A DNA stretch of 64,000 nt, from the NCBI GenBank assembly GCA_963758495.1, contig CAVWVI010000003.1, forward strand, positions 192,001-256,000, in the 5' to 3' direction. Position numbers and translations under genes: made by a program. Source of the DNA: Oligoflexia bacterium (GTDB taxonomy: Bacteria > Bdellovibrionota > UBA1018). The notes under the pieces were generated by a model, which searched no databases, was not told where the DNA came from, and saw nothing but the letters and a program-made list of their open reading frames with translations. Below are positions 10,439 through 20,839 of the stretch, piece by piece (the stretch's first letter is position 1; the number at the start of each line of letters is the position of its first letter).

Positions 10439-10492
10439 ATCCCCCACAGTTAGGTAAATTATGCTAAACATCAGTGTACTACAGGAGTCAAT

Positions 10493-11332
10493 ATGGAACT
10501 TTTCTATAACCTCTGGAATCAATCTAATGTGACATCGCAATCAACTAAAAAGATTGTTTTATTGCATGGAATGGGAGGAACGGGTGCACTTTGGAGACCG
10601 ATTGCTGCATCCTTAGAAAACGAAATCAGCATTCTAGCTCCAGATCAACGAGGACATGGAAAAAGTCGAGTAGCCTCTATTCCTGCTGGGAGAAAAGAGA
10701 CCGACTACAGCCCGCTTTCTTATGGGCAGGATGTGATGGATACCCTGAAGGCTCAAAATTTTTACCCAACCTGGATTTTAGGCCACTCTATGGGCGTCCG
10801 TTCTGCGATTGCAGCTGCCCACCTTAAACCGGAATGGGTTCAAGGACTCATTTTGGTGGATCTCGGATTTTCTGGAGTTGCAGGAGGCGGCCTTGGGAAC
10901 GGTTTAGCCCAGTTCCTTAAACTTCTTCCTTTTCAATTCGAGTCTGCCGAAGAAGCAAGAAAATTTATGAATTCTCACTGTCCTGACTCTTCCATTACTC
11001 AATATCTCATGGCGGTATCGGTGAGAAATTCTGATGGAAAAATTTCATTTCCTTTTGACCATGCCGCACTCATTAAAACCATCGAAAGTGCTCGGGATGT
11101 ATCCGTGCGTACTTGGATAAAAGATTTAGCCTATCGGCAAATGCCTATCCTCGTCCTTCGAGGTGCACGAAGCTTAGTTTGGAGTCATGAGGACTTTGAG
11201 TCCGAACGAAAAACGTTTACACCCTTTCAATCGATTACTTTTAAAGAAATTCCTGATGCCGGGCACGGATTACCTTTTGAACAAAGAGCAGTGTTTGTAG
11301 ATACCCTTCGCGAATTCATCGCTCGACATTAA
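10493..11332 (+). CDS. Alpha/beta hydrolase
   Basis: LLHGMGG, DQRGHG, GHSMG nucleophile elbow, AGH. Confidence 0.93.
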   Translation: MELFYNLWNQSNVTSQSTKKIVLLHGMGGTGALWRPIAASLENEISILAPDQRGHGKSRVASIPAGRKETDYSPLSYGQDVMDTLKAQNFYPTWILGHSMGVRSAIAAAHLKPEWVQGLILVDLGFSGVAGGGLGNGLAQFLKLLPFQFESAEEARKFMNSHCPDSSITQYLMAVSVRNSDGKISFPFDHAALIKTIESARDVSVRTWIKDLAYRQMPILVLRGARSLVWSHEDFESERKTFTPFQSITFKEIPDAGHGLPFEQRAVFVDTLREFIARH

Positions 11333-11479
11333 GAACAGTGTGAAAACAGCGCGAAAGTAGTGCAAAAATGACTCTGATCGGGACATTTTGACCCTATTCA
11401 AACGTAAGTACTGCACTCTTTTTTGGTACAAACATTGCCTGCATCCTGATTTGAAAAATTGAATCCAAAGGAGGATTGA

Positions 11480-12034
11480 ATGAATCGTTTTATTTCTAAG
11501 AAACTTTATCTTTTAGCGCTGCTCTCAGCATGTCTTCTCCAAGCTTGTGTTGTCGATGTTGGCTACGGCCCTGGGGGTTGGTATGCTCCGGGAGGCTACT
11601 ATAGGGGAGGTTGGGGCAGAGGCTGGGGTGGGGGTTGGCATGGAGGTGGTGGACACTGGGGCGGCGGCGGACACTGGGGTGGAGGAGGACATGGCGGCGG
11701 TGGACATCATGACCTCATGTCGGGAACAGGAGCGTCCTCTAGCCAGAACTCTCTAACCCAGACCTCTCTAGACGACTCAGTAAAATTATTGGCTCACGAT
11801 TTCGATATCAGCCTGCAATCTGCAGGAAAAATAATGAAACTCACTCAGAGCAAAGACTTAAGTAAAGACCTTAAAGACTTCGGACTCAATGCTCAAGATC
11901 TGGCTCCGTTGAGCAAATTAGAAATGCCATCATCCGATGCTATTTCAATGATGGCCCAACTTCTTGGAGAAGAACCTAAGAAGATCGAAAATATCTTTGT
12001 AAGTTTCATCTCCGACATGAAAGCCAAAAAATAA
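11480..12034 (+). CDS. Gly/Trp/His-rich lipoprotein
   Basis: Lipobox-like LLQAC, GGGGHW repeats, GGAGG RBS upstream. Confidence 0.75.
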   Translation: MNRFISKKLYLLALLSACLLQACVVDVGYGPGGWYAPGGYYRGGWGRGWGGGWHGGGGHWGGGGHWGGGGHGGGGHHDLMSGTGASSSQNSLTQTSLDDSVKLLAHDFDISLQSAGKIMKLTQSKDLSKDLKDFGLNAQDLAPLSKLEMPSSDAISMMAQLLGEEPKKIENIFVSFISDMKAKK

Positions 12035-12061
12035 AATCACTCTGAGAATGATTCTCTATTG

Positions 12062-12110
12062 AAGCGTTCAGGCTACAGCACTCGCACTGATAGCCTGAAC
12101 GCTTTTTCTT
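12062..12110 (+). terminator. Intrinsic terminator
   Basis: aagcgttcaggcta...tagcctgaacgctt followed by a T run. Confidence 0.7.
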
Positions 12111-12140
12111 TGATATCGTGCTTTACTTCGCTCTATCGCT

Positions 12141-13379
12141 TTACATCGCTTCGCTAGCACCCACTACAGCAGGATTAGTTTCAATTTTAGCTTTCTTAGC
12201 AAGACGTTGCATCCAATCTTGATAAATCTCTCGTGATTTACGTGCTGAGATTTGCTGCATCAAAGAATCTCTTTCGTGATCAAATTCAGCCAAATTGGGC
12301 TTTTGACTCTCTGTCACCACAGCAAGCAGCACTCGACCTGCCATTAAATACTTCTTAGGTTTGCCCCCCAATTTAGAGTCAATCGGAGATTTTTCGGCAA
12401 ATGCATCTGAAATCAATTCTTTAGACTCACCCACTCCTGGAACAAAGCTGCTCTGCCGAGTGATCAACCCCGTAGATTTGACTTGAATATTCATGTTTTT
12501 CAACAATGCATTGACTTTAGCGTCAGATGATCGATCTGCAGTCATCACCGAAAGAACCTGATCGGCAAGATTTTGATTTATTTTTTGAATTTCTTCAACT
12601 TTCCCTCCCGCCAATACACTGCGGGCAATCGCCTCTTGCACTGCTTCAAATTTTTGACCTTTGTAAACCGTCTCTTTGCCTTCTTCAAACTTCATTTTAA
12701 CAAGGTTGATTTTAGACGGATCCACCAAGAATTTTTTGATCTCATCTGAAGAAATAGGCACACTCTTCTTTGTAGCTTCAATTGTCAATAAAACATATTT
12801 AATATTACGTTTATCGCGGCTCATCAGAAACTCTCGCTTCAGCTCTTCATCCGCAACGCGGACGCGATCATGAAAAAAACTCTCCCACTGTTGTAATGAG
12901 ATATCTTCACGTACTAGCTTTTCAAAGCTACTGGGTGAGTGATTATTTCCTTCAAGAACTTGCTTATAGGTCGTTAAATCAAATTTTCCATCTTTTTGAA
13001 ATGCGGAAATTTCACGGATTCTTTCTCTCACTTCTTCATCGGGAGCCAACATACCTCGACGCTTAGCTTCCTGAAGTAAGAGCTTCCGATTGGCTAGCTC
13101 CTGAAACACTCCCTCTCGGATTCTGAAATTTTTAAGTTGATCGTCAGTTAGCTTCCCCCCACTATACGCTTTAAAAAATTCGATCCGACGGTTGAGTTCC
13201 CGATTAAAATCCGAAATTGAAATGGAGTCCCCATTCACCGTCCCAGCCACGGAACCCTCATGCAATCCACGCGTCGATTTGGGGCTAAAAACGCCATAAA
13301 AAACAAAAACAAATGCAATAAATGCGACAATTCCACCAATTACAGCTTTACCAAACTTTTCCCGTATCCAACTCAGCAT
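12141..13379 (-). CDS. SurA N-terminal-domain/PpiD-like periplasmic chaperone
   Basis: N-terminal TM anchor, VAGTVNGDSIS, AFQKDGKFD, typical of the PpiD N-domain. Confidence 0.85.
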   Translation of the reverse strand: MLSWIREKFGKAVIGGIVAFIAFVFVFYGVFSPKSTRGLHEGSVAGTVNGDSISISDFNRELNRRIEFFKAYSGGKLTDDQLKNFRIREGVFQELANRKLLLQEAKRRGMLAPDEEVRERIREISAFQKDGKFDLTTYKQVLEGNNHSPSSFEKLVREDISLQQWESFFHDRVRVADEELKREFLMSRDKRNIKYVLLTIEATKKSVPISSDEIKKFLVDPSKINLVKMKFEEGKETVYKGQKFEAVQEAIARSVLAGGKVEEIQKINQNLADQVLSVMTADRSSDAKVNALLKNMNIQVKSTGLITRQSSFVPGVGESKELISDAFAEKSPIDSKLGGKPKKYLMAGRVLLAVVTESQKPNLAEFDHERDSLMQQISARKSREIYQDWMQRLAKKAKIETNPAVVGASEAM

Positions 13380-13512
13380 GGTCTACCTCTTTAACTTCAC
13401 TATTTATTTCTGACTTAGAAAATTTCCAATTCTTGATTCTTCTCTCATCAAACCATTGATTTACTAGGACGAGATGGCTACGATGATATCCACCGAGGGG
13501 TTAAGAGTCAAC

Positions 13513-14337
13513 ATGATCAAGTATCTGAAACAATATAGATTTTATATCATCCTTTTCCTCTTTATTCTCATTCCCGTGATTGCGATTGACACTTCGACTC
13601 GATCCGCTCGAAACTATCGATTTTACGATCGCTTGATTGTAGGAATCACTTCCCCTATCCAGGCCATGATTAGCTGGTCTTTGGAGCAAATCGCTTCCAG
13701 CTATGAAAATTACATTTATCTCTGGCATACGCATCAGGACAACCTGGCATTACTGGATGAGAATCGTAAGTTGCTCAATTCGATAGCCAGTTTAAAGGAA
13801 ACCCAGCAAGAAAATATCCGACTTCGAAAGCTTCTTTCATTTGAACAGCAGTTCAATTTGAAGTCCGTAGTCGCGCGAGTGATCGCGAAAGATGTTTCAA
13901 CTGAATTTCGATCCATTCGAATCAATAGAGGAGAGAGCTCAGGTATTAAACGTAATATGGCGGTGACGACAGATGAAGGCATTGTAGGGCGAGTCTTAAG
14001 GACGACTCAAGATACAAGCGACATTGTCACTATTTTAGACCTTCTTTCCGCCGTCGATGCGATTGTTGAACGCTCTAGGGCCAGAGGCATAGTTGAAGGC
14101 CTCACGGATGATACCTGCCAACTCAAATTCGCACTCCGAACGGATGATATTCAACCGGGTGACATCCTGATTTCAAGTGGTTTAGGGGGTATTTTCCCAA
14201 AGGGTGCGGCCGTGGGTACCGTTTCCAAAGTCAATCGCAAACCCTTTGGAATCACCCAGGAAGTCGAAGTGCGTCCCAATGTAGATTTTTCTAAATTAGA
14301 AGAAGTGCTCGTCGTATTAAATGGGGACATAGAATGA
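13513..14337 (+). CDS. mreC: Rod shape-determining protein MreC
   Basis: ENIRLRKLL, INRGESSGI, GIVGRV, SGLGGIFPKG, VDFSKLEEV. The start may instead be 13474. Confidence 0.95.
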   Translation: MIKYLKQYRFYIILFLFILIPVIAIDTSTRSARNYRFYDRLIVGITSPIQAMISWSLEQIASSYENYIYLWHTHQDNLALLDENRKLLNSIASLKETQQENIRLRKLLSFEQQFNLKSVVARVIAKDVSTEFRSIRINRGESSGIKRNMAVTTDEGIVGRVLRTTQDTSDIVTILDLLSAVDAIVERSRARGIVEGLTDDTCQLKFALRTDDIQPGDILISSGLGGIFPKGAAVGTVSKVNRKPFGITQEVEVRPNVDFSKLEEVLVVLNGDIE

Positions 14338-14900
14338 CTCGGATTATTCTAAGAACCTTAAATACACCTCTTCTTTTATTATTCGTGATCGTTGGCATTG
14401 CGCTCCAAAGCTCGCTTTTTTCCTCCTGGCCTCTCCTTTACTTTCAGCCCGACATTGCCCTCCTCATTGTCATTTGGTGCGCGCTAAAGCGGGGATTTGA
14501 AGAAGGGGGTATTGTTACTCTGATTATTTCTGAAATCTGCGAAATCCATAGCGCAGCACCGCAAGGGCTTTACTTAGTCAGTTATATGGTGATTTATTTG
14601 CTCGTTCGAGCTTCATCTCGTTTTTTTGTCATTCCAAGCCTTTTTTCTTTTTCGATGGTTACATTAATCAGCTCGATGGTTTGGAAACTCGTCGGACTTT
14701 TAATTCTATACTTTTTAGGAGCCAGCGCTAATCAATGGAGGCACACCCTTACATTTTTATTTTTGGGCGCTGCTATCGAAGCCACTTTTTCAATATGGGT
14801 TTGCCAATGGCTTGAAAAATTTGATTGGATTACCTTTAAAAATGCTCGCGCGGAACATGTTATGGATGAGGAACTCCAATTAGATAGTGAAGGATTTTAA
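14334..14900 (+). CDS. mreD: Rod shape-determining protein MreD
   Basis: Multi-TM protein with QPDIALLIVIW motif, between mreC and mrdA. Confidence 0.8.
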   Translation: MTRIILRTLNTPLLLLFVIVGIALQSSLFSSWPLLYFQPDIALLIVIWCALKRGFEEGGIVTLIISEICEIHSAAPQGLYLVSYMVIYLLVRASSRFFVIPSLFSFSMVTLISSMVWKLVGLLILYFLGASANQWRHTLTFLFLGAAIEATFSIWVCQWLEKFDWITFKNARAEHVMDEELQLDSEGF

Positions 14901-17035
14901 TGGCATTTCTTGGGCAAGAAGAACAAATTAGAGAATTTCAAGATCGGTTTAAATACCTGTACGCTGTTCTTTTTCTTGGCCTGGGCTTGCTCGTTTCTCG
15001 TCTGGTTTATCTTCAAATTCTGAGAGGCGAGCAAATGAGGCAGTATTCAGAAGATAACCGAATCAAACGAGTCAAGGTTGCCGCGCCGAGAGGGATGATT
15101 TTTGATCGAAATCACACTCTTCTTATCGATAATCGTCCTGACTTTGACCTGGAAGTGATTCCGCAATACCTTCGCGAATCTCATCAAGAAACCCGAGTCA
15201 TAGACTTATTAGCACGTATCTTAAAAATGCCGCTTGATAATATTCAAGAATTACTTGATAAAGCCAGAACCCAGCCTTCTTTCCTACCTGTAAAAATCAA
15301 AACGGAACTCAGCCGCGATGAAGTCGCTCAAATTGAAGTTCGAAAAATTGACATGCCGGGCGTTGAGGTCAAACAAGAAATCAAAAGAACCAATATTTTT
15401 GGAGATATTGCAGCTCATCTTCTGGGTTATATCGGGGAAGTCAACTCATCAGAACTCCCCATCGTAAATAAAAAAATTCAAAGATATCGACTCGGGGATA
15501 GCATTGGAAAATTTGGCCTTGAACAAAAAATGGAGGAACAACTCAGAGGCGCGGACGGAGAAGAGATTAAGGAAGTAGATGCGCTCGGTAGAGTGAAATT
15601 AGACAGAAAGAGGAATAAGGTCATACAGGCCGGTCAAGGTAGGTCAGCCGTCCCTGGGAAAAATCTAATCCTCACGATTGATCAAGATTTACAACAGGCT
15701 GCCACACAAGCTTTCGGAGATAAAATCGGATCAGTAGTCGCGATAGACCCAAGAAATGGAGAAATTCTCGCCATGCTCTCGCGCCCGTCTTTTGATCCTA
15801 CTTCTTTTTCGCGAGGCATCCCTACCAGTATTTGGAACAAACTTCTCAATAATGAAAACCACCCTCTCCGAGACAAAACAATCCAAGACCACTACCCTCC
15901 TGGATCGACTTTTAAAATTGTCACTGCCATTGCCGGCCTGCAAGAAGGAGTGATTGATGAAAACACAAAATTTCATTGTCCTGGCGTGATTAAAATAGGA
16001 AATCGTCTCTACCACTGTCACAATCGCCATGGGCACGGCGAAATCAATGTCATTCGGGCCATCACTCAGTCCTGCGATATTTTCTTCTACCGAGTGGCCC
16101 TTAAACTCAATAGCGTGGATGATATTGCAAAATGGGCAACTGCGCTCGGACTGGGAAAAAGAACTGGAATCAATCTTTCTGGAGAGGTCCCTGGCCTCAT
16201 TCCTACTATCGAATGGAAGAAAAAAAGATTTAACCAACCCTGGAACGCGGGTGAAACCGCTTCCGTTGGAATTGGTCAAAGCTTTGTGCTGACAACAGCC
16301 TTACAACTTGCCAATCTCTATGCAGCCATTGGAAATGGAGGAACTCTCTACCGTCCCTATATCGTTAAACAAATTGAGTCTTCCGACGGCCTCATTTTAA
16401 AAGAATTTAATCCCGAAGTGATGAGCCAAGTCCACCTTTCACCTAAAACAGTAGATGCAATCAAACAAGGACTGTGGGGAGTCGTGAATAGTCCTATCGG
16501 AACCGCATTTAACCAACGTCTTCCAGGAATGGATCTCGTTGGAAAAACAGGCACGTCTCAAGTGATTCGAATTGCCGCTGATAAAATTTATCAAAAATGC
16601 GAAGCTATGAAATTTCAAGACCGCCATAATGCTGTATTTGTAGGATTTGCTCCCGCAAAAGACCCCGCCATTGCTGTAGCTGTCATAGGAGAGCACGCTT
16701 GTCACGGTGGGTCGGGCGCTGCACCTATTGCTCGCGCTATTATTAAAAAGTATTTGGAAAAGAATTTCCCTGAACTTTACGGAGAGAAAGCATTAGCCTC
16801 TCGGCTCAAATCTGTGGGACAGACTCTGATTGTAGCTAAACAAGCAAATCATAGTGTGAGTGAAGATGAAGGCTTTTCGGATAATAGCGAGCTGGTCACT
16901 CCAGAAGAACGGGTTCCACCGGCCCCCCTTGCTCCCCCTCCCTTACCGATCACTCCGGCCGAAACCACTTCGAACCCCGGACTCGCTTCAGACGACGAGC
17001 CTACGGGTGAAGACGAGATCGATGATAACGAGTAA
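14900..17035 (+). CDS. mrdA: Penicillin-binding protein 2
   Basis: APRGMIFDRN, YPPGSTFK (SxxK), SCD, GKTGT; Pro/acidic C-terminal tail. Confidence 0.96.
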   Translation: MAFLGQEEQIREFQDRFKYLYAVLFLGLGLLVSRLVYLQILRGEQMRQYSEDNRIKRVKVAAPRGMIFDRNHTLLIDNRPDFDLEVIPQYLRESHQETRVIDLLARILKMPLDNIQELLDKARTQPSFLPVKIKTELSRDEVAQIEVRKIDMPGVEVKQEIKRTNIFGDIAAHLLGYIGEVNSSELPIVNKKIQRYRLGDSIGKFGLEQKMEEQLRGADGEEIKEVDALGRVKLDRKRNKVIQAGQGRSAVPGKNLILTIDQDLQQAATQAFGDKIGSVVAIDPRNGEILAMLSRPSFDPTSFSRGIPTSIWNKLLNNENHPLRDKTIQDHYPPGSTFKIVTAIAGLQEGVIDENTKFHCPGVIKIGNRLYHCHNRHGHGEINVIRAITQSCDIFFYRVALKLNSVDDIAKWATALGLGKRTGINLSGEVPGLIPTIEWKKKRFNQPWNAGETASVGIGQSFVLTTALQLANLYAAIGNGGTLYRPYIVKQIESSDGLILKEFNPEVMSQVHLSPKTVDAIKQGLWGVVNSPIGTAFNQRLPGMDLVGKTGTSQVIRIAADKIYQKCEAMKFQDRHNAVFVGFAPAKDPAIAVAVIGEHACHGGSGAAPIARAIIKKYLEKNFPELYGEKALASRLKSVGQTLIVAKQANHSVSEDEGFSDNSELVTPEERVPPAPLAPPPLPITPAETTSNPGLASDDEPTGEDEIDDNE

Positions 17036-17054
17036 TACTTGAAGGAGTACATGA

Positions 17055-18209
17055 ATGACACATTCTTCCATTGAAAGCCCTGTTCATTATAATGATGGGG
17101 AAATGCGCGCGGGCATGTATGAAGAAGAACTAAAGAAGTTCAACTGGAGTCTTATCGCCCTTGAAATCCTCCTCTTTGGAATTGGAATTTGGAATCTCAT
17201 GAGTGCGACAGGGGTTCAGGATAAGTCCCTTGGACTTTATAAAAATCAGGCACTTTGGTTTGGAATTGGAATGTGCTTAACCGCACTCATTCTTGTCCTC
17301 CATTATTCAATTTTTTCTCGTCTAGCCTATGTGATCTATTTCACTAATCTTCTTCTGTTAGCAGCCGTACTCTTCTTAGGTAGATCTTCTCTGGGAGCCA
17401 AACGCTGGTTAGGAATAGGCGCATTTAGAATTCAACCCTCTGAATTCATGAAGCTTTCTATGGCAATTTGCTTAGCAAAATATTTTGAGTCAGATCAAAC
17501 CGTCGGAGGATACGGGTTTAGAGACTTAATCCTACCTACCTTATTGGTCATATTACCCTGTGGACTGATTATGCTTCAACCTGACCTAGGTACGGCGCTC
17601 ATCATTCTTCTCACCTTTATCAGCATGATGTTATTTATTCGGGTTCAGCCCAAAACAGTGATGATCATTGCTATTTGCGGAGTCATAGCACTCCCTACCG
17701 TTTACAAATTTGGCCTCAAACCTTATCAACGACAGCGTTTAGTCTCTTTCCTGAACCCAGCTTCCGACCCTAAAGGCTCAGGATACAATTCGATTCAATC
17801 CATGATTGCCGTAGGAAGTGGCCAGCTTTTTGGAAAAGGCTATAAGAAAGGCACTCAAAGCCAGCTCAACTTCTTGCCCGAACATCATACAGATTTTATT
17901 TTTTCTGTTTTCAGCGAAGAACATGGATTTGTAGGCTGCGTCACGTTGCTCGTGGCTTATCTCATCTTTATGCTCAATGGTCTCTCTATCGCCTACCAAT
18001 CCCATGATAAATTTGGTGTTTTTCTAGCGCTGGGCGTAATGACCATCTTTTTTTGGCATATCTTTATTAATATGGGAATGGTGATGGGTTTGCTTCCGAT
18101 TGTCGGCGTACCTCTCCCCTTTCTCAGCTATGGGGGATCTTCTTTAGTCACCTCCATTTTGGGGGTAGCGATTCTCACCAATATCGCAAATAAAAAATTT
18201 ATGTTCTGA
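17055..18209 (+). CDS. rodA: Rod shape-determining protein RodA
   Basis: [39 protein letters not shown]. Confidence 0.96.
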   Translation: MTHSSIESPVHYNDGEMRAGMYEEELKKFNWSLIALEILLFGIGIWNLMSATGVQDKSLGLYKNQALWFGIGMCLTALILVLHYSIFSRLAYVIYFTNLLLLAAVLFLGRSSLGAKRWLGIGAFRIQPSEFMKLSMAICLAKYFESDQTVGGYGFRDLILPTLLVILPCGLIMLQPDLGTALIILLTFISMMLFIRVQPKTVMIIAICGVIALPTVYKFGLKPYQRQRLVSFLNPASDPKGSGYNSIQSMIAVGSGQLFGKGYKKGTQSQLNFLPEHHTDFIFSVFSEEHGFVGCVTLLVAYLIFMLNGLSIAYQSHDKFGVFLALGVMTIFFWHIFINMGMVMGLLPIVGVPLPFLSYGGSSLVTSILGVAILTNIANKKFMF

Positions 18210-18251
18210 CTGAAAAACTTCGATATAGTGATGAGATAGGGGAAAAAATTT

Positions 18252-18575
18252 ATGAGAAAACACCTAAAATGGTTTGTATTTGCGTCTGCTTATCTAGGAA
18301 TGGGAATCGCTATGCCAAGTTGCCCTGGCCAACAAGCCATGCAACAACAAATCGATACGCTCCAGACTTCCAATATGGAACTTACCCATAAAGTTCAATC
18401 CCTCAACACGCAGGTGACTTCCATTCATACTGAGATGAAGCAAGTAAAAGAACTCTTGCCCCAAATGACCAATGTGATTCAAGCTCAAAAAGGCGCTTTA
18501 GATCAACTGGAATTGAGCGTGAAGGAAATCCGATCCAAGACCATGAAAGCCGCAGGTAAGCGTAAAGGCAAATAG
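18252..18575 (+). CDS. Small coiled-coil exported protein/lipoprotein
   Basis: Signal-like N-terminus with Cys, heptad-rich body. Confidence 0.7.
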   Translation: MRKHLKWFVFASAYLGMGIAMPSCPGQQAMQQQIDTLQTSNMELTHKVQSLNTQVTSIHTEMKQVKELLPQMTNVIQAQKGALDQLELSVKEIRSKTMKAAGKRKGK

Positions 18576-18888
18576 GATGTAAGTTTGACACAGGGTCCTC
18601 TGGCAGTGGGGGACAGGATCTTTTCACTATCGCAGGACCCTCTGTCCCTGTAAATCTTCGTCCATGAAGATCATAGAACTTTTATTCATATTTTTTGTTC
18701 TTTTTAAATTTTCTTTCGTTTATGGCACAAATCCAGTTTTTCATACTGCACCGAATTTTGAGTAGGCTAACTTTCCCGACTCATCTTCAACAGCCTCTCA
18801 TCGGGATTTTATTCATTTTTCTTGAATTTCTGTGAATTTTTTGTACTTGGCAAGCCAAAGATTGAGTGCCATAAAGCTTGTCTAAAGC

Positions 18889-19896
18889 ATGACTCAATCT
18901 CAAATCAGTTTACCAGAAACGCACTACCCCTATAGCCGGTATCTTCAAGAGACGTTCGGAGCGAAGACTTACAAGGTCGTGATAGCGAGTGGACTCACCT
19001 GCCCCACTCGGGATGGCACCTTAGCAAAAAAGGGTTGTGCTTTCTGCGACGTACGGGGATCTAGCTCCTTTTTTGGCAAAAAAGGCCGTGGGGCTGATGT
19101 TCAAGAGCAAATTCGAGCACGCCTCCCTTCAATCCGTGAGCGCTTTGGGGCTACTCGATTTCTTGCTTATTTCCAAAGCTATACGAATACTTATTCAGAT
19201 GTGGATTATCTCAGACAAATTTATGAAGCCGCTCTCGGGGAGCCGGAAATTCAGGGTCTGTGTATTGGCACTCGGCCCGACTGTCTCCCAGATCCCGTAA
19301 TTGAGCTTTTAGAAGAACTCGCACAAAGAACTTATGTTTCTTTGGAGCTGGGAGTTCAATCTTTTGAAAATCCTTCCCTAGAATGGCTGGGTCGAGGACA
19401 TGATCGACAATGCTCTATTGATGCTCTCGAAAAAATGAGAAAATTAGCCCCTCATGTTCATGTTTGTGTCCATTTGATGTTCGGTTCGCCCACGGACTCT
19501 CCCCAGGCCGCTACAGAAGCCGCGCTTCTCCTCAATCGCTTAGGTGTCCGTGGCGCTAAACTTCATCAATTGATGATTTTACAAAATACTGAACTGGCTG
19601 AGAGGTGGAAACAAACTCCGTTTCATACTCTCTCGATTGAAGAATATGGTGAACGCGTTGTTGATTTCGTGGGACACCTCTCTCCTTCCATTTATATAGA
19701 AAGAATGTGCGCCACTGCCACCCACAGTGAAGAATGCCTAGCCCCAGAATGGAGCCGAAACCGTTGGGAGCCCCATAATCGACTTCGCGAAATTCTTCAA
19801 CAAAGAGAATGTACCCAGGGAAAAATGCTTGAACCGTCTACTCAGCCTGAATGTCAATTCGAATCTCAGGTAGAACCTCAGGTCGAACATCGGTGA
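18889..19896 (+). CDS. Radical SAM protein, TIGR01212/YhcC family
   Basis: TCPTRDG...GCAFC, YFQSYTNTY, GTRPDC, ELGVQS. Confidence 0.92.
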   Translation: MTQSQISLPETHYPYSRYLQETFGAKTYKVVIASGLTCPTRDGTLAKKGCAFCDVRGSSSFFGKKGRGADVQEQIRARLPSIRERFGATRFLAYFQSYTNTYSDVDYLRQIYEAALGEPEIQGLCIGTRPDCLPDPVIELLEELAQRTYVSLELGVQSFENPSLEWLGRGHDRQCSIDALEKMRKLAPHVHVCVHLMFGSPTDSPQAATEAALLLNRLGVRGAKLHQLMILQNTELAERWKQTPFHTLSIEEYGERVVDFVGHLSPSIYIERMCATATHSEECLAPEWSRNRWEPHNRLREILQQRECTQGKMLEPSTQPECQFESQVEPQVEHR

Positions 19897-20839
19897 GCGA
19901 AGTCAGTCTTTTGTTCAGTTGGAATAGCTCAATCGCATCGCGAAAGACCTGGATCTCTGCCAACTGACTCAAATCTTGCTTGAGCCTTTCACGTTCTTCC
20001 GTATTCAGAGTTGAAAAACGAATTCCTGTCTGTTCTTCAAGCTCTTGTTGAAATGGAGTTGATCTCAGTAAATCTTCGGTAGCTTCCTGATATCTTTCAG
20101 CCCACTCCGAGTAGTCAGTACCCCCATCCGTAAAACAACCCCAAGCAATCTGAATTCGCATGGCTAATGGTTTAACTAACGGTATTCCCACGATTGCTGC
20201 ACAAGAACCCACTACCCCCACAATACCTATACTCAACTCGGCCATATTCCCGTTACTGTATCCATCTGTGATTAAACCACCCGCAGTAATGGCACCGCCA
20301 CCTACAGTAAAAATAGTACAACTGGTTAATTGACACGAGGCCGGATGATTTTCAAACCATTGAAAAGTAGCTAACTGCTCCCCTCGCTTCTTGATTCTTT
20401 TTCCTTGTTTTTTCGTTTCCAAAACAGTTTTTAACTCGGGATAAATTCTTACTAACGATGAGGATTGATCTAGGCAACGTTGATAGAAATTTTTCAAAGC
20501 ATAGGATTGTTTCCAAGTCATCTGACTGGGACCTAAAGCAACAATGCGTGCACCAGCCCCAACTTCATGAATGAGCTTTTCTTTCCAGTATTGAGTATCC
20601 AGGAGGTTTGAATCAATCGCACTTTGAGTCAGGGTGGCTGACGCCCGATTTAACCCCAAAACATGGCAAATATCTTTCGGGGGCAAGTAAGTTAAAATCA
20701 TTTTATGAACATTCGGATCTAAAATATCGAACTGGTTTTTCTCATTCATTGCGAGAGCGGATCTCGCGAATAAGAGCAGTAGAACTCCGTATAGAACCGC
20801 ATTCATAACCCACCGGATAGCACAAAGCTTAGATTTCAT
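19838..20839 (-). CDS. Hypothetical protein with signal peptide, F-box-like motif and two hydrophobic segments
   Basis: FDILDPNVHKMILTYLPPKDICHVLGLNR resembles the F-box consensus. Confidence 0.6.
   Translation of the reverse strand: MKSKLCAIRWVMNAVLYGVLLLLFARSALAMNEKNQFDILDPNVHKMILTYLPPKDICHVLGLNRASATLTQSAIDSNLLDTQYWKEKLIHEVGAGARIVALGPSQMTWKQSYALKNFYQRCLDQSSSLVRIYPELKTVLETKKQGKRIKKRGEQLATFQWFENHPASCQLTSCTIFTVGGGAITAGGLITDGYSNGNMAELSIGIVGVVGSCAAIVGIPLVKPLAMRIQIAWGCFTDGGTDYSEWAERYQEATEDLLRSTPFQQELEEQTGIRFSTLNTEERERLKQDLSQLAEIQVFRDAIELFQLNKRLTSLTDVRPEVLPEIRIDIQAE

Noticed and set aside
13474..18209. mreB missing from the mreCD-mrdA-rodA operon
   Set aside because: mreB is unlinked from mreCD in various bacteria; not considered unusual.
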